Shown one piece after another: positions 12,138-25,162 of a stretch of 64,000 nt of DNA; position 1 is the first letter of the stretch, and every line of letters starts with the position of its first letter. A program made the translations under genes and the position numbers. The stretch is taken from NCBI GenBank assembly GCA_040954595.2, contig CM082589.2:7758232-7822231 (forward strand), written 5' to 3'. The notes under the pieces are model-generated. The model searched no databases. It was not told where the DNA came from and saw nothing but the letters and a program-made list of their open reading frames with translations. This stretch comes from Balanoglossus misakiensis. Lineage: Eukaryota > Animalia > Hemichordata.

Positions 12138-13959
12138 AGTTTGACAGATACCCGGTACCATGCAATTTTGTTTCCATATTTTGTTACTGCATAGTTAAGT
12201 GTGGCATGCATGCATACACTTGCCAACTGACTGGGGTGGGGGTGGGCAAGCCATGTTGATAATGCTTGATTACTTTCACTTTCCATTTGATTAGAATCTG
12301 TTAATAGACTTGTTCAGTATAGACTCAGAGTTGAAGATATAAAATTCTAAGGTTGGAACATCATAAGAATTACAAAACAGACAATCCCACTGCTGGGTTT
12401 GAGTAAAACAAATATGCAAGTAGCTTGTACAATACACAAGGTAGATATTTTTCATTAGTTTGGGGAAAAAAGACTAGAAACAATTAAAAGTTTGTAGAGT
12501 TTCTCTTAGTGAAAAATGATATTTTGTCATAAAACCGTTTTAAAGCATTTTCAAAAGTTGCTACATGTACATTGTTATTTTTGATGCTGTAACTTTTAAC
12601 ATTGGTCTGTTTTGGTTGGCAGTGTTTTCTAACCAATGACAAAAGAGGCAATGTCAGTTGGTGTCAAGCAAAAAAGATGTCAGTTATATTTTCATATGTT
12701 TACGAAAATGAGTAAGGACACAAGCTGCAGTCGCTATTTTCCCCCCAAGAAAGACAAACAAAATGTATGTTGTCTTTGTATGTAGTTTTTTGATGTAACA
12801 ACTTGTAGTACGGCAGCCATTTGTGTTTTTGGCGATCAATGTTTTCCAAAAGACTAGATTTATCCTTTGCACTTTTTTTCCTCTATAGTTGCAGTTATTG
12901 TGTTTGCATTATTTTCCTCCGGTTTCAGGCTTTGAACCAGACTCGGGAAACTTCTAGAAGTCACCACAGTAACAGTACTTCTGTTGTAATCTCCCACAGT
13001 TGTTGTAGGATCTGTAGTTTTACCCAAAACATCTTGTGTCCATTGTTGATGCTTCTCCTAATGATGACATGCTTTGACTGGAATGATGAGAGAGATAACA
13101 GTGCTATAAACATTGTATTACTACTGTCCTGAAAAACATAGCAGTCTTTTTCAAGGAAGTGACTATTGAAACTTTCCTTTGTAAAAGCTTGATTCATTTT
13201 GAGATGTAGGACGGTTACAGTATTCACATTTATTTGGTATTGACTAGATAATTGAACAACTTGATCAAAAACTATTACCCCATAATAGGAATTAAACTTT
13301 GCAAATTCAGATTTGTGTTGTCATGTAATCATTGAATGATTCAGTTTCACTTTTTTCTAAAGTGTTTTTCTGCTTTCGAATAACCTTGACTTAAAGTTCA
13401 GTATTCATCTGATTGTATTTCCCTTTAATATTACGCCACTTTGCTTCCCGTATTGTGTTAAGATTTATTAGTTTTGTTTCTGTTTTTACTTCTCTTGACT
13501 AATCATTGTTTACATTATCTTAAAAATGTTATGATAGCCTATTGTACTTTGAACAAACAAACATAATCATGTCTTCAAGTGTTAGCTTCCTGTAGTACTG
13601 TTTAGTAGAACATGCTGAAATAAAGTTTTATTTTTGACTTGAAAATGTTTGTTGTTTCTTATTTGCATGATGTGGATGTTGCGGATGAAAAAATTACAAA
13701 TACAGCATTTTATTTAGTACTGTGTGTTGATGTACCGTAAACGTGTCCATATTTGTAAACAAACAAACAACTAGCTTTGTTTATTGTATCAATCAATACA
13801 AACAAACACATACATACATTTAAAAGGAGGAAGAACACTCTTTGGTTAAGAAGCGCTTTTAAATTTGACAATTCTATGGCGTTGGTGCAAGTGTTCGCAT
13901 CGTATGTAAAGATTAATCTTCGATTTACACGCATGGGGCAGTTGCATGGAAGTTCATAG

Positions 13960-14230
13960 AAACAAAATAACTTTCACGAGGCGGGCGTTGAGGGCGGGCA
14001 AAACATGGCGGTAACTTTGAAGAAGGGAACTTTCACACCGCGGAGTTTGGATTGAGCGCCCGGTCCTCAGAATGTCAATATTGTTCGTGAAATTCTGGTT
14101 CTAAGTATTCGCAAGCGGACCGAGAACACGTTTAATCATATCAAGTTTCCAATACCTATGGTATTGTCGAAGGAATTGAGTGGAACTGGCTGTCCAACGT
14201 TTTGCCCCAACACGATGACGTCACTCTTTT
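13960..14230 (+). promoter_or_regulatory. CpG-enriched promoter-like region
   Basis: GC-box/E2F-like GGGCGGGCAAA, YY1-like AACATGGCGG, TTTGAA and a CRE TGACGTCA at about 14216, followed by a donor CA|GTGAGT at about 14389. Confidence 0.5.
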
Positions 14231-14639
14231 TGTAAGGGTGAGAATTTTCAAGAACGATATGACGCATGATGCCCGCAGAATGGAATTATAATTTGTGTGC
14301 GCGTTTGAATTCAAGTATTTCTGCTGGAATCCGCTGCGGAGATGTTACACATTGTGGATGGAATATATTTGGTTGCCATGAATGTTTCAGTGAGTATTCT
14401 TATGCCATAATTCAAATGCCAAAATTGTGATTCAACTTTCAAGAACACAGCATCAGTACTCTCATACTCATAGGCTAAATTAGCTGCAGTTCAGTAGCTA
14501 GAGGTTTGTGAGTAGACGGCAAAACCAATAGTCTAGTTGACAGTCCAATGCGATCAATTAGTGAACCTAAAAATGTTCTTTCCTATGATTTTTGTTGTTG
14601 CTGATTTGCAATTCACATGGCCCCTAGAACTATATCAGC

Positions 14640-15080
14640 TTAGTTACCAAAATGGCAGTGTTGGGAACTCTTCTAATTTGCATAATCAAAAATTGCCACT
14701 AAAGTCCTTCAAAATGTAAATTTCACAGGTTTGTCTCAAAATGGTGTGTAATCTTCCGTTTTCGAGATTGCTCATGTGGGCACCCAATCAAAACAATACT
14801 ATAATATGGCGGTGTTGTTCAACTCTCCTAATTTGCATAAGCAAAAATGGCCGCCAAACACCTTTAAATGTAAATTTCAAATGTGTGTCTTAAAATGGTG
14901 TGTAATATCGCATGTTCAGGGTTTTCATTAATATAGGTACCTAAAATAATCTCAACTTGGTTGACTTGTCAATATTAGACTACTTCTAATTTACATAATT
15001 CAAAATGGCTGCCAGACACCTGGATATTTTAACTTTTGCCCTTCTTGTCGCACAATTATGTGTAATATCCTATTTTTTAA
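14640..15080. repeat. Degenerate tandem repeat (about 3 units, TCTAATTTGCATAA..AAAATGGC core)
   Basis: Three diverged copies of TCTAATTTGCATAATCAAAA..CC..AAATGTAAATTTCA..AAATGGTGTGTAAT. Confidence 0.6.
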
Positions 15081-15299
15081 TTTTTTAATATATGTAGAAT
15101 CCATTTCCGGTGTTTATTTGTTAATTACAGGCAATTAAGTGTGAAAATTGTCGAGCCAATCTTAATTTCTAAGCTGCACCACAAATCTAATGCATTGTTC
15201 AGAACTGGAAGTGTATGTAGCTGTATATTTACGCGACTTTTTAGTTTTGGCTCTCACATATTTCGTGAAAATTTATTGCTCATGTAAAACCCGTTTTAC

Positions 15300-15960
15300 A
15301 GTACCTGTATGTCCATTATTTCAGAGCGTATTTTTGCCTTGAGGCATTCAAAAATCGATGCCAAGAACATCTTCATGATTGGTAATAATTGGTATGTTTT
15401 GATAGTTTTCTCCAAGTCATTATCATGAAGTTTAGAGAATGGTTATTACCATTCTAGATATGCAGTTCTAAATAGATTCCTGAGTGTATTCATTTGCTCC
15501 TCGTTCACATTTGTGACTACTTTTCCATGCTTTTAAAACCTGTTGATAAAAGATCGGCAATCTTGAGACAAAGGGTTCTCTTGAAATTCTACTATTTGAA
15601 AATACATCTTTAAGAATTGAAAAATCTGAAAATGGGTCTGTCAAATGTACGATCCACATAAACTTAAATGCAACCATTTTCCATTTAGAAATTGTTATTT
15701 TACAGCCTCCTTCGTTTGATGGCCCAGCTAATACATATACTCTTGAGACAGGGTCTTTAGACAAAGCTGTTGGGGCATGTACAAGATCTGGTTCAATACT
15801 CTTGCAATTAAAGTTCCGTATAATATTTTGTTCAGTATATCCTCCATGTTAATAAGACGTGTAAAATTAATACAGGCGATTTACACAAATGACACTTACA
15901 GCAGAGATTACCTGCCTATACTGATTCCAAAATGGCTGATGTTGTGTATCCCATACAAAA
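15300..15960 (-). mobile_element. Decayed L1/Tx1-like LINE ORF2 fragment
   Basis: Minus-strand peptide ..GPSNEGGC..AFKFMWI..RLPIFYQQVLKAW.. resembles the post-RT 'GGL...LP.FY..L.AW' region of Tx1-like elements. Frameshifted. Confidence 0.6.
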
Positions 15961-16989
15961 AACAAACAGCGCCACCAATGTCGAGTAATATGGGTTACTG
16001 AATGGTTTTAAAATGCTCCACATGATTTAAATTGGGCTCATGATAATGAATGCACTGCATGCAATGAGAACTACACTGCATGGATCACTTTCCAAAACTT
16101 ATTCCCAGTTCACATTCTTATTGGCGTGGCAAATTGAATGCATTTTATTCACTATTTGTCACTTTTATTGCGTTCAGTGAACGTGGCAAACGCAAGAACC
16201 TCCAGACATTCAGATTTTACGATAAAGATATATGTATACATGAACTGTGAGTAAGTGTCTTGTTTTCAACTTTCTGTCTTGCAGGAGGAACTTTCCATGA
16301 GATCTGACAAGACGGGGGAATTTGAATATTATAGAAATGGATATACATTGCTACAGTACAGCTGATCCTTGAGCAGGGGAGTATTTTTTTATTCATACTA
16401 TTTAGTTTATTTTATTGCTTTGCAATTGCAATGTACATTACAGGATGGTGCAGAATTGCAAACACTAGCCTGCTGAAAACATGGTAAGCATCTGTTATTT
16501 GTACTTCAGGATGTTAAAATGCAAATTTACAGTTAGGAGGATGGTGTAGTGTATTGATCACAACATCAGTTGTGTTGAAATTGGAGCAATTATCTAATTT
16601 AAAATCAACGAAATCAAAAGACAAGTTTATTATTAGAGCAGTCAATATGTGAATGAAGTGTGTATTGAGAACTACATGCATACAAAGCATAAAACCGAAA
16701 GTAACCTTCATTGACCGCCAATGTATTGGGTTTTGTCATCAAAAAGTTAAGAGTGTAGTTTGTGGACTGTACTTTGATTTAAGACGGAACATTTTAATTA
16801 AGTGTAAAATACAAAAAATACTTTAATAATTTACAGGGATAATACTGTATCATATGTGTATTTTTGCTGAAAAGTATAATTTTGAGTGTTTCACAATACA
16901 TATTAATTAAACAAGAGTACCCCCAGGCTTGTAATAATGGTTCAGTACAAATATAAAACCTTAACAATAAAGATTAGGTAACAATGTGC

Positions 16990-17175
16990 ACAATGATGAT
17001 GATGTAGATAATGATGAGGATGATGATAATGATAACAATGATTATAATAATGGTATGATAATATGGTGACAATGATGATGATAATTTAATAACAAAAATA
17101 ATAGTGATATAATAATAATATAAGAACAAAAATAACGATGATTATGGTGGTGATGATGATGATGATGATGATGAT
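16990..17175. repeat. (GAT/AAT)n low-complexity repeat
   Basis: Seen directly. Confidence 0.85.
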
Positions 17176-18719
17176 GGTTTGAGATAAAAACGGATGGAGA
17201 CTGAATTTTGTTCAAATGGTATAGGTGGTGTTTTTTGATTCCAAAAATAATGTGTACATTGTTTTGTCTGTTAAACTTGGCATTTTGTGGTTTTAGTGGT
17301 ATAAAGTAACAGAATGATGTTGTGGTTGAAGTGGTATAAAGTAACAGAATGATAATATTAGTGAAGGTTTAATTTAGCCATAAACATAACAGATGTATTT
17401 TTATCTAAACAGTCACTGAGTCAGTTACAGTCATCTTAAATATTTTCCGAATTGGTAGCCTTAAGACTATGCATAGTTGATATTGCATACTTTGTGATTC
17501 AGTGTACTGAGTTTTGCCTGATTCTGTGTACAAATTCTAGAGTAAAATTATCCTAGTACATGAGCTGTTGGTGGAAACATTTATGACTGGTGTTTTTCCG
17601 TAAATCTGATTACAGGTGGTATGATTGATTGGTGATGATTTGTTATGACATCAAGACAAAAGAAGACAGTTACAATGAACTAATCAACCACTTCTCTTAT
17701 CTCTTAGGAATTGCTAACGATTTTTTTTACAGATGCCCTCACTGTAATATGTACATTACTTGTTCAGATATCATTATTTTTGTTACACAATTTTATATGA
17801 GATCTAATGCAGTGACACTGCAGTCAAATAGACTGTGGTATTTAATGTGTTTTATGTATAATTATTCCATTTTAGCATCTAGTATAACTATTGAATTGAA
17901 TGCACAAGTTTTTCTTTTCCAAATCTGACCTGGCCAGTCAGATTTGGACATGTCATTACATACCTTGCACTCACAAACATTAATACCTTGCAGACACAAA
18001 CATGACATACTGTACATGTACATGTATAAGTAACCACTCACTTCAAGTGTTGACAAGTAACAGTTTGTGCAGTATGAAAATGCTGCATCATTATATGCTT
18101 TATAATAATTTTACTATGAGGGATTCATTGTGTTATTATATGTTCACAATTTATGTGTATTGAATGCATGATTTCAATCCAGATTACATGATGTAAACAT
18201 TGCATTATATAACATTTTTATTCCAGATGTGTACCTGTGTATTTCCTGGTGTTTAAATACCATCCAGTCAGTTTCACCAACAGCTCATTGTCTCCCCTCC
18301 CCCCCTTTTGTCAGTGAAGTGAGCAATCTTTTGTATTGGAAAGCAATGCATAGGCTTGTCTGTTTTGCAGTATATTAGTAAATGACCATTAAGAATTACT
18401 GGTGTGCAATGTCAACTGTGCATATTCATTATCATTTGAAAGTTCCGTATTACAAAATTCTTAGACTTACAAATTTACATACTGATAATAATAAACATAT
18501 AATATTTAAGAGTATTTAAGAGTATAAAAGCTAGATTAATAAACAGGAGACTATAGACTTTGTAGAATGTCATGGGTTGAAAGTTTTCTGGGTCTTTGGT
18601 TTTTTGATTTAGTTGCTGTTCTATGTTAAATGTTGGTGATGGTGGTGGCAGTTTTGATGTTAATTGTTATTGCTAAATACTGGTGATGGCATTGATGGTT
18701 ATAGTTATGTTAATGGCAG

Positions 18720-18769
18720 GCGTTGATGATGATGGTAATGATGGCGATGATGATGATGATGATGATGGC

Positions 18770-18805
<36 letters not shown>

Positions 18806-19020
18806 ATTAAGGATGATTATGATAATATAATAATAAAAGTAGCCGTAATAAACAAAACATAACAAAATAGCGATGATGATGATGATGATGATGATGATGA
18901 TATTAAGGATGATTATGATAATATAAAAATAAAAGTAGCTGTAATTAACAAAACAAAACAAAATAGCAACAGTAATAATAATGACGATGATGATGATGAA
19001 GATGAAGATGATGATGATTT
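18720..19020. repeat. (GAT)n microsatellite array with a duplicated ~95-bp unit
   Basis: GAT runs with two copies of ATTAAGGATGATTATGATAATATAA..AAAAGTAGC..AAAATAGC. Confidence 0.9.
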
Positions 19021-19529
19021 TCCAGTTAGGAGCTAAAACAAGTGAAATGTATAGTGTAGCAATAACAATGTACAATATGTAGAAAGGTGTTAACTACTGG
19101 AATAATTTGTTTATAATGTGTTGTTAATTTTTTAGTCCCCAATGGGACTGCGTTATTGACTGTGATTTGTTAACTCAAGTACTTGTCCATGTTTCTCCCA
19201 CTGAAAATTCAATAGGTTTATCTATGACAATGAATTAACATTTACTATTTATTATTTGTTGCAGGTGTTGGGGTTTCTTAGCAGCCAAGTTGCAGTTCGT
19301 AGCAGTCAGTTACAGTTGTCTATTAAGTATTTACACATTTTTTTCTCATTAGTTTCAGATTTTCCATGATGCAACAATCCTCCAGCCCATGATGCAATAT
19401 ATCTTCTTGCCCAGACGCCCAGCTGGTAACCAGGTAACATGTTTCCTGTGGTGTGAGTATGCAAATTTATTTTGTATGATCCAGCCATTGATGTACATTA
19501 CATTAAAAAAGCATTGAAGATTTGAATGT

Positions 19530-20541
19530 CACAAAATGCCAAGACTTGTCCACACTTGCGCACAACAGTATGGTGTCTTGTAATGTTCATGAAGTCAGGA
19601 AATCATCTGTTCATATATACATTAAACTGTCTTTTTGTTTGACAGAAAAAATACTTATTGACATATTTTTCAATTTTTGCAGATCGACATCTGCCATGCA
19701 CCATGTAGATCTTTGCATTCCTGTAAAGCAGCCCAGCGGATTTCAAAGGTATCAATTCAAGCTGCAACAGCGTTAGTGGGGCAGGTGGTACAATTATTCT
19801 AAGATGACTTGACTCCAATTTCATTAAAACTTGGGCGATAATCGGACAATGTACTGTGACGTACATAAAATGCACAGCAATTTATTTTGCAACTTGATCA
19901 AGAACAGCCACTAAGCTAAGACTTGTCCATACATTCACGGACACCAGAATGGCATCTTGCATTGTCCATGGCAACAGGAGATCATCTGACCATAAATGCA
20001 TTTTAGTGTTGTGTTGTAATTGACCGAAAAATACTGATTGACATATTTTTCAATTTTTGCAGATAACAGTTTCTCTCACTGATGATCAACATCTGCCAAC
20101 CTTCATGTAGATCTGTGCATGCCTGTGAAGCAGCCCACCGGATTTCAAAGGTATCAATTTAAGCTGAAACAGCGTTAGTGGGGCAGGTGGTACAATTATT
20201 ATAATCTATCTTGACTGCAATTTCATTCAAACTTGATAATTGGACAATGTACTGTGTGACATACATATGCATAGCAATTTATTTTGCAACTTGATCCAGT
20301 ACAGCCACTAAGCTAAGATTTGTCCATACGTTCACGGACAACAGCATTGTCAAGGGCAACAGGAGATCATCTGACCATAAGTGCATTTTAGTGTTGTGTT
20401 GTTTGACTGAAAAATACTTATCGCGGGTGTTGACATATTTTCCATTTTTGCAGATAACAGTTTCTTTCGCTGATGGTCGATATCTGCCAACCACCATGTA
20501 GATCTGTGTATGCCTGTCGAGCAGCCCAGCAGATTTCAAAG
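19530..20541 (+). repeat. Triplicated ~390-bp unit, each copy containing an exon-like block
   Basis: Three copies of ..TTTTTGCAG|AT..CATGTAGATCT..GCAGCCCA..GATTTCAAAG|GTA.., ending at 19748, 20150 and 20541. Confidence 0.85.
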
Positions 20542-20828
20542 GTAACTTGAGATAATTTTAGTCTTCTCCAGCATTGGTGGACCCCATGGATGACAGCATA
20601 CCGGTAGACTGATTTTGGTCATTTTGGATGGCAGCTAGTAAATGACTTATTGTCCATGGAGACCAGGGATCATCTTCATAAGTTTGTGCTGGTTGACAAT
20701 AAAAGAGCTATTGGCACGTTTTGACACATCAAAATACTTAATGTCATTATTCAGACTTGATTGAAGTATATCATTCAATCAAATAGTTTACTAATGTATT
20801 AGTATTCAGGGCCTGAACATTTCCTTAA

Positions 20829-21516
20829 CCCTTTGAACCCTGAGCTCCCCAGGGTAACGTGACCTATATCCTGAGCTCCATAAGGGGTCTGGTTGAAATA
20901 TCATTTATTTCTGAAATCATATTTGTATGCCCTTATGTATTTTTGAGATGTGTAAACATGAATAAATGATAAATAACAGGGGGGAGTGACTCTCCTTGCA
21001 GCTCCGGAACAATCCCCTGCCTGGCCCGTGTCCCCTGCCACGCCCCCTGTAACCTCACCTTCCCTACCACGACCGCGATCCCCACCTCTGCCACGCCCAC
21101 TGCCAACAGGTTCTGGCTCTAAATTATCAGCGTCAGAAACATTTGAAGCAGCCGAACCATCGTGGGCGAAATTGCCGTTTACACTAGAACGTTCACTCGA
21201 GAAATCACTACCATGGCCGTAATTCTTATCTTGCTCACTTTTCGACTCCGAACTCAAATATCTTAGAGCATTTGTGTAGTTGTAATACATCTACGAGGCA
21301 TTTTTGAAGAGCTAATGTCCAGTAAGCAATACACAGCGACAGTTAACCAATAGCAGAAATACGTCATCACAATGTTTTGATGCCAAACACGTGTAATATC
21401 AAGTGATCTGATTGGTTGTTAAATGTCTAGGCGCTAAAGCCGGAATACTGACATTCAGGATATAAAGTCAAAGTGCAATATGCCAGCTAGTTTACGGGCT
21501 TTAAGGGTTCAAAGGG
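20829..21516 (-). mobile_element. Non-autonomous piggyBac-like element (internal deletion derivative)
   Basis: TTAA-CCCTTTGAACCCT...AGGGTTCAAAGGG-TTAA. The internal minus-strand ORF 20901-21290 is acidic/Ser-rich with GRGRG, like a piggyBac transposase N-terminus. Confidence 0.8.
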
Positions 21517-23109
21517 TTAATTTTTCACTGGTCCCAGGACTAGTGACCTGTTTCTTTTTCCCACTGGTCCGCCAACATTTGCATAATAATATGAGACTGG
21601 CTCATCATTCTCACCTGTCAACATCCAAGTCCATTTATTTCTATCTCTAATTTGTTAATAAAATATACAGCAAATGCTGTTGTTTCCATTATGAACATTA
21701 CATTAATATTACATTGATATTTTTATTTAGCAGATTTCTCAAGTTCCTGTTCTGCAGTGTCTCATTTTCTACACTAGTAGTACTGTGCACTTTCAGAAAT
21801 TAGTATTAGGCATGTGAGGAAACGGTGTATAGGCAGAACATTGTATTGCCCTTCGCGGCATACTTCACCCACGGCCATGTAGAGACCAAATCATCGACAA
21901 TGACTGGTTACTCATGATTGTTAGCTTTTCTCCACACTTGACATTTACTGTACTTAATAAATAAATTGTTGTCTGGCTGTCAAGGGACACCAACAAGCAT
22001 ATACTTCATATGCTCAAGTAATTACCTGATTGGATGGAGCCACATTCTGGATCTAATCCCCTTGTCAGTGTTTGACAGGGGTACATTTTCGTTTCTGTGT
22101 GTAAGTTAAATGTCTCCTTATAGCTGCTGCAATAAATCAATGAAAGGTGAGTGTTATGTGCTTTTTGTGTTTACAGGAAAGAAGAGGATACATGTTGGAA
22201 TTGAATTCAAAAGCTGGTGCATTGGATGTCAAGAGGTTTCCTCAGACTGATGACTGTCTTTTTACTGACTTGAATAAAATAAACCAATGTTGTCTGATTT
22301 CGTCGTCATTTCAAGAACAGAACTTCTCCCTGTGGTTGAAATTGAACATTGATCATTCCCTACCTTAGTTTCTGAGACATATTAGAAATGTAATATTATG
22401 ATAGCATTTTTTTGGTAAATTGTGTCATAAAGTCTTGTCAGTGAGAGAGGCAGCAGGTTAAAATTACTTGCAAAGTGTACATTTCAGTATGCCAACACTG
22501 GTTCAAGTTTGACATTTCTAATCAATCCCATTATATTGCTTATTACAGTCCTAAATTATCACTACGATTTGTGCGGCATAATTAACCTGAAGGTTGTTGG
22601 GTCCTATAGGCACAATAAGCATTGCACGTCACAAGCACTATGTGTAAAATAGCACTACATGTAATCGCACTGGATACAGCAGCCTTCAGGTGTTTACCAT
22701 TGAACCTTACAATGCATAAAATTATTGCACCCACTTATAGAAAAGGTAAAATGGTAAACAAAACAAACAAATTACAGCATTATTCAAAAATTGTGTGAAA
22801 TAGTTGTGTTTAAGAAAGCAAACATGACAAAGAACAGTAAACCACCTTTGCATTTTGTTTGACTTGCCTTCTCTATAAACTTGAATTTTTCCATTATTGT
22901 ACTTGATATAGGCATGACTTTCTACTGTTGTACATTTTGAAAGTATGTTTTTGTAATGTTGAACAAAAGGGGGTTTAATGGCCATGTTTTCAGGATTAAT
23001 ATTGAAGTACAAACCGTGGGTATAAACATTGGTGTAAATTTAAGGCTATCCAGGATAGTCTGGGAGCTTAATGAATAAGGAGTCGTGCATTGAACCCTTG
23101 AATTTTTAA

Positions 23110-24130
23110 TTAGTCACATGATCTGGCAGCCATTTTGGATTTTGGAAAATCTTTAAATTCTCAAAAACTACAAGGCCAATCAAGTTCAAAAGTGTTGGCA
23201 ATACGACCGGTCATGTGACTTTGGCCGGCAAGTTGGATTTCTATGAATACCTCATGAAAATTTCAAAAATGTTCTCCAGAACTGGTGACTACCATGTCAC
23301 AAGATTTGGTGTATGTGCATGGTCACATATCCAGTTTGTGATGGGTGACCATTATGGTGGCCATATTGGATTATGCGGAAATGTGCATATACCTTAGGTT
23401 TGGATATTAATTCCAAGACCCCCTTGACTTATGTTGACCTCATTAATTTATGTGCATATCTAATTTTAGATTAACCAATAGGGTTGGCCATTATGGTGGC
23501 CATATTGGATTATGCGGAAATGTGCATATACCTTAGGTTTGGATACAAATTCCAGGACCCCTTGACTTATATTGACCTCATTAATTTATGTGCATATCTA
23601 ATTTTAGATTAACCAATAGGGTTGGCCATTATGGTGGCCATATTGGATCATGCGGAAGTGTGCATGATATACCTTAAATTTGAATACAAAGTTTAGGACC
23701 CCCTTGACTTGTGTTAACCGCAATAATTTGTTGTGCATATCTAATTTTAGACTTACCAATAGGGTTACAGGTGCATGTTTTTATGAGCATGTTCTATTAT
23801 GGGACTAAAATTTGTTGCAATTTGACCCCAATGACCTATGTCAACCTCATTAAATTTGTGCATACCTAATTTTATGCTAATCGCTAAGGCTATAGTGACC
23901 ATGGCATGACCCTTGACCTACTTTCCCATATCTCAGCATCATGACCAGATACATGTAGCCTAATTATTGCTATTTAGTAGAGTGGAATGCCTAATGGGGT
24001 CATTTAACGTCATTAACCAATAGGGCTAGATATATGTTTTTCTTTCTCGTACATGGACCAATATGGGATTAAAATTTTGGGTGACCTTGGAGTGACCCTG
24101 ACCTACTTTCCTGTATCTCATCAGCATTCC
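23110..24130. repeat. Interspersed repeat with three ~120-140-bp tandem units (Helitron/satellite-like)
   Basis: CCATTATGGTGGCCATATTGGATTATGCGGAAATGTGCAT..GACCTCATTAATTTATGTGCATATCTAATTTTAG repeated at about 23349, 23488 and 23626. Confidence 0.75.
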
Positions 24131-24279
24131 AAGCAGATACAGGCTTGGTATTCTGTGGGAACCACTTGGAGCCCCACAAACCCTTCTTGCTGGTTTTACT
24201 TATTTATTTATTTGCATTTTTGCTTATCCATTCATTCATTTATTCACTCTGGATGTGTGTGTATGTATGTACCCGGGTA

Positions 24280-24745
24280 TGTTCTCTGTCCCCATCCAGG
24301 GCCTGTCCCTTCCCCTGCCCTGCCCTCATCCTGTACCTTGTCCCTGTTATATCCCTTACCCTATCCTTGCCCTGTATTCCGGCCTGTCCTGTCCACACCA
24401 TGTCCCCTGCCCTTTCCCATCCAGTACATTGGCCTGTCCCCATCCTGTACCCCGTCTTCTAGCTACCTTGTAACCTGTCCTGTACCTAGCTGGTATGTTA
24501 TATTTCCTGTCTCCGTCATGTACCCTGCCCCGTCATGTTCTGTATTCTGGCCTAACCTGCCCTGTTCCTGTGTTGACCTGTACTGTACTCTGTACTGTAT
24601 CCTGGCCAGGTCTGTCATGACCCTTTCCTCGTCCTGTCCCCTGTACGGGTACCTGCCCGGTTCTGTCCCTTTTCCTGTGCCCGCCGGATCCTGTCCCTGG
24701 CCTGACCTTCCTGGCCTGGGCTCTTTCCCAGCAGCCCTACCCAGG
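24280..24745. repeat. Pyrimidine-rich CCTGT/CCCTG degenerate minisatellite
   Basis: Dense CCTG(T/C) motifs. They explain the Pro/Cys-rich 275-aa ORF. Confidence 0.8.
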
Positions 24746-24887
24746 GTTGTATTTTGGAATTTTCATAATTTTTGGTTGTCTGGAAGACTCTGGTTGTATT
24801 TTGGCATCTGTGATTGCCATGGTTATATTTTTGAATTCATAGATGAATATTCTTTGTTTGTCTGGGTTCTTTGGTTCTGATGAAGCT

Positions 24888-25162
24888 GGAAAATTGACAG
24901 TTTCTCCTGCTGTATTCTCACAGTTCAACTGCCATGTCTCTTCTTCTTTGGATGTCGCTTGGAGTCACAACGCATGCAACCAGCTGATGCGATACAAGCT
25001 CCCCCCAATCGTGGAAAATTGACAGTTTCTCCTGCTGTATTCTCACAGTTCAACTGCCATGTCTCTTAATTCTTCTTTGGATGTCGCGTGGAGTCACTAC
25101 GCATGCAACCAGCCCACGTGATACAAGCTCCGCCCCAATCGTGGAAAATTGACAGTTTCTCC
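24888..25162. repeat. Tandem duplication (about 130 bp, two copies plus a partial third)
   Basis: GGAAAATTGACAGTTTCTCC starts at about 24888, 25013 and 25143. Confidence 0.85.

Larger units (their letters stand above)
14270..22300 (+). ncRNA. Putative spliced long non-coding RNA locus
   Basis: Exon-like blocks with acceptors and donors (about 14270-14389, 16285-16483, 19683-19748, 20063-20150, 20454-20541, 22177-) show no sustained ORF. AATAAA-type signals occur near 21956-22290. Transcription is not shown. Confidence 0.35.

Noticed and set aside
18710-19075. Ile-rich 'membrane protein' ORF
   Set aside because: It is a translation of the (GAT)n microsatellite.
23349-23770. Regularly spaced repeats resembling a CRISPR array
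   Set aside because: Whole units repeat with no unique spacers, the context is eukaryotic, and there are no cas genes.
24053-24880. 275-aa Pro/Cys-rich ORF, the longest in the track
   Set aside because: It is a translation of a CCTGT-type low-complexity repeat, with no domain or splice support.
24870-24910. CTGATGA core suggesting a hammerhead ribozyme or C/D snoRNA
   Set aside because: No matching GAAA/stem architecture or terminal stem with a D box could be assembled.
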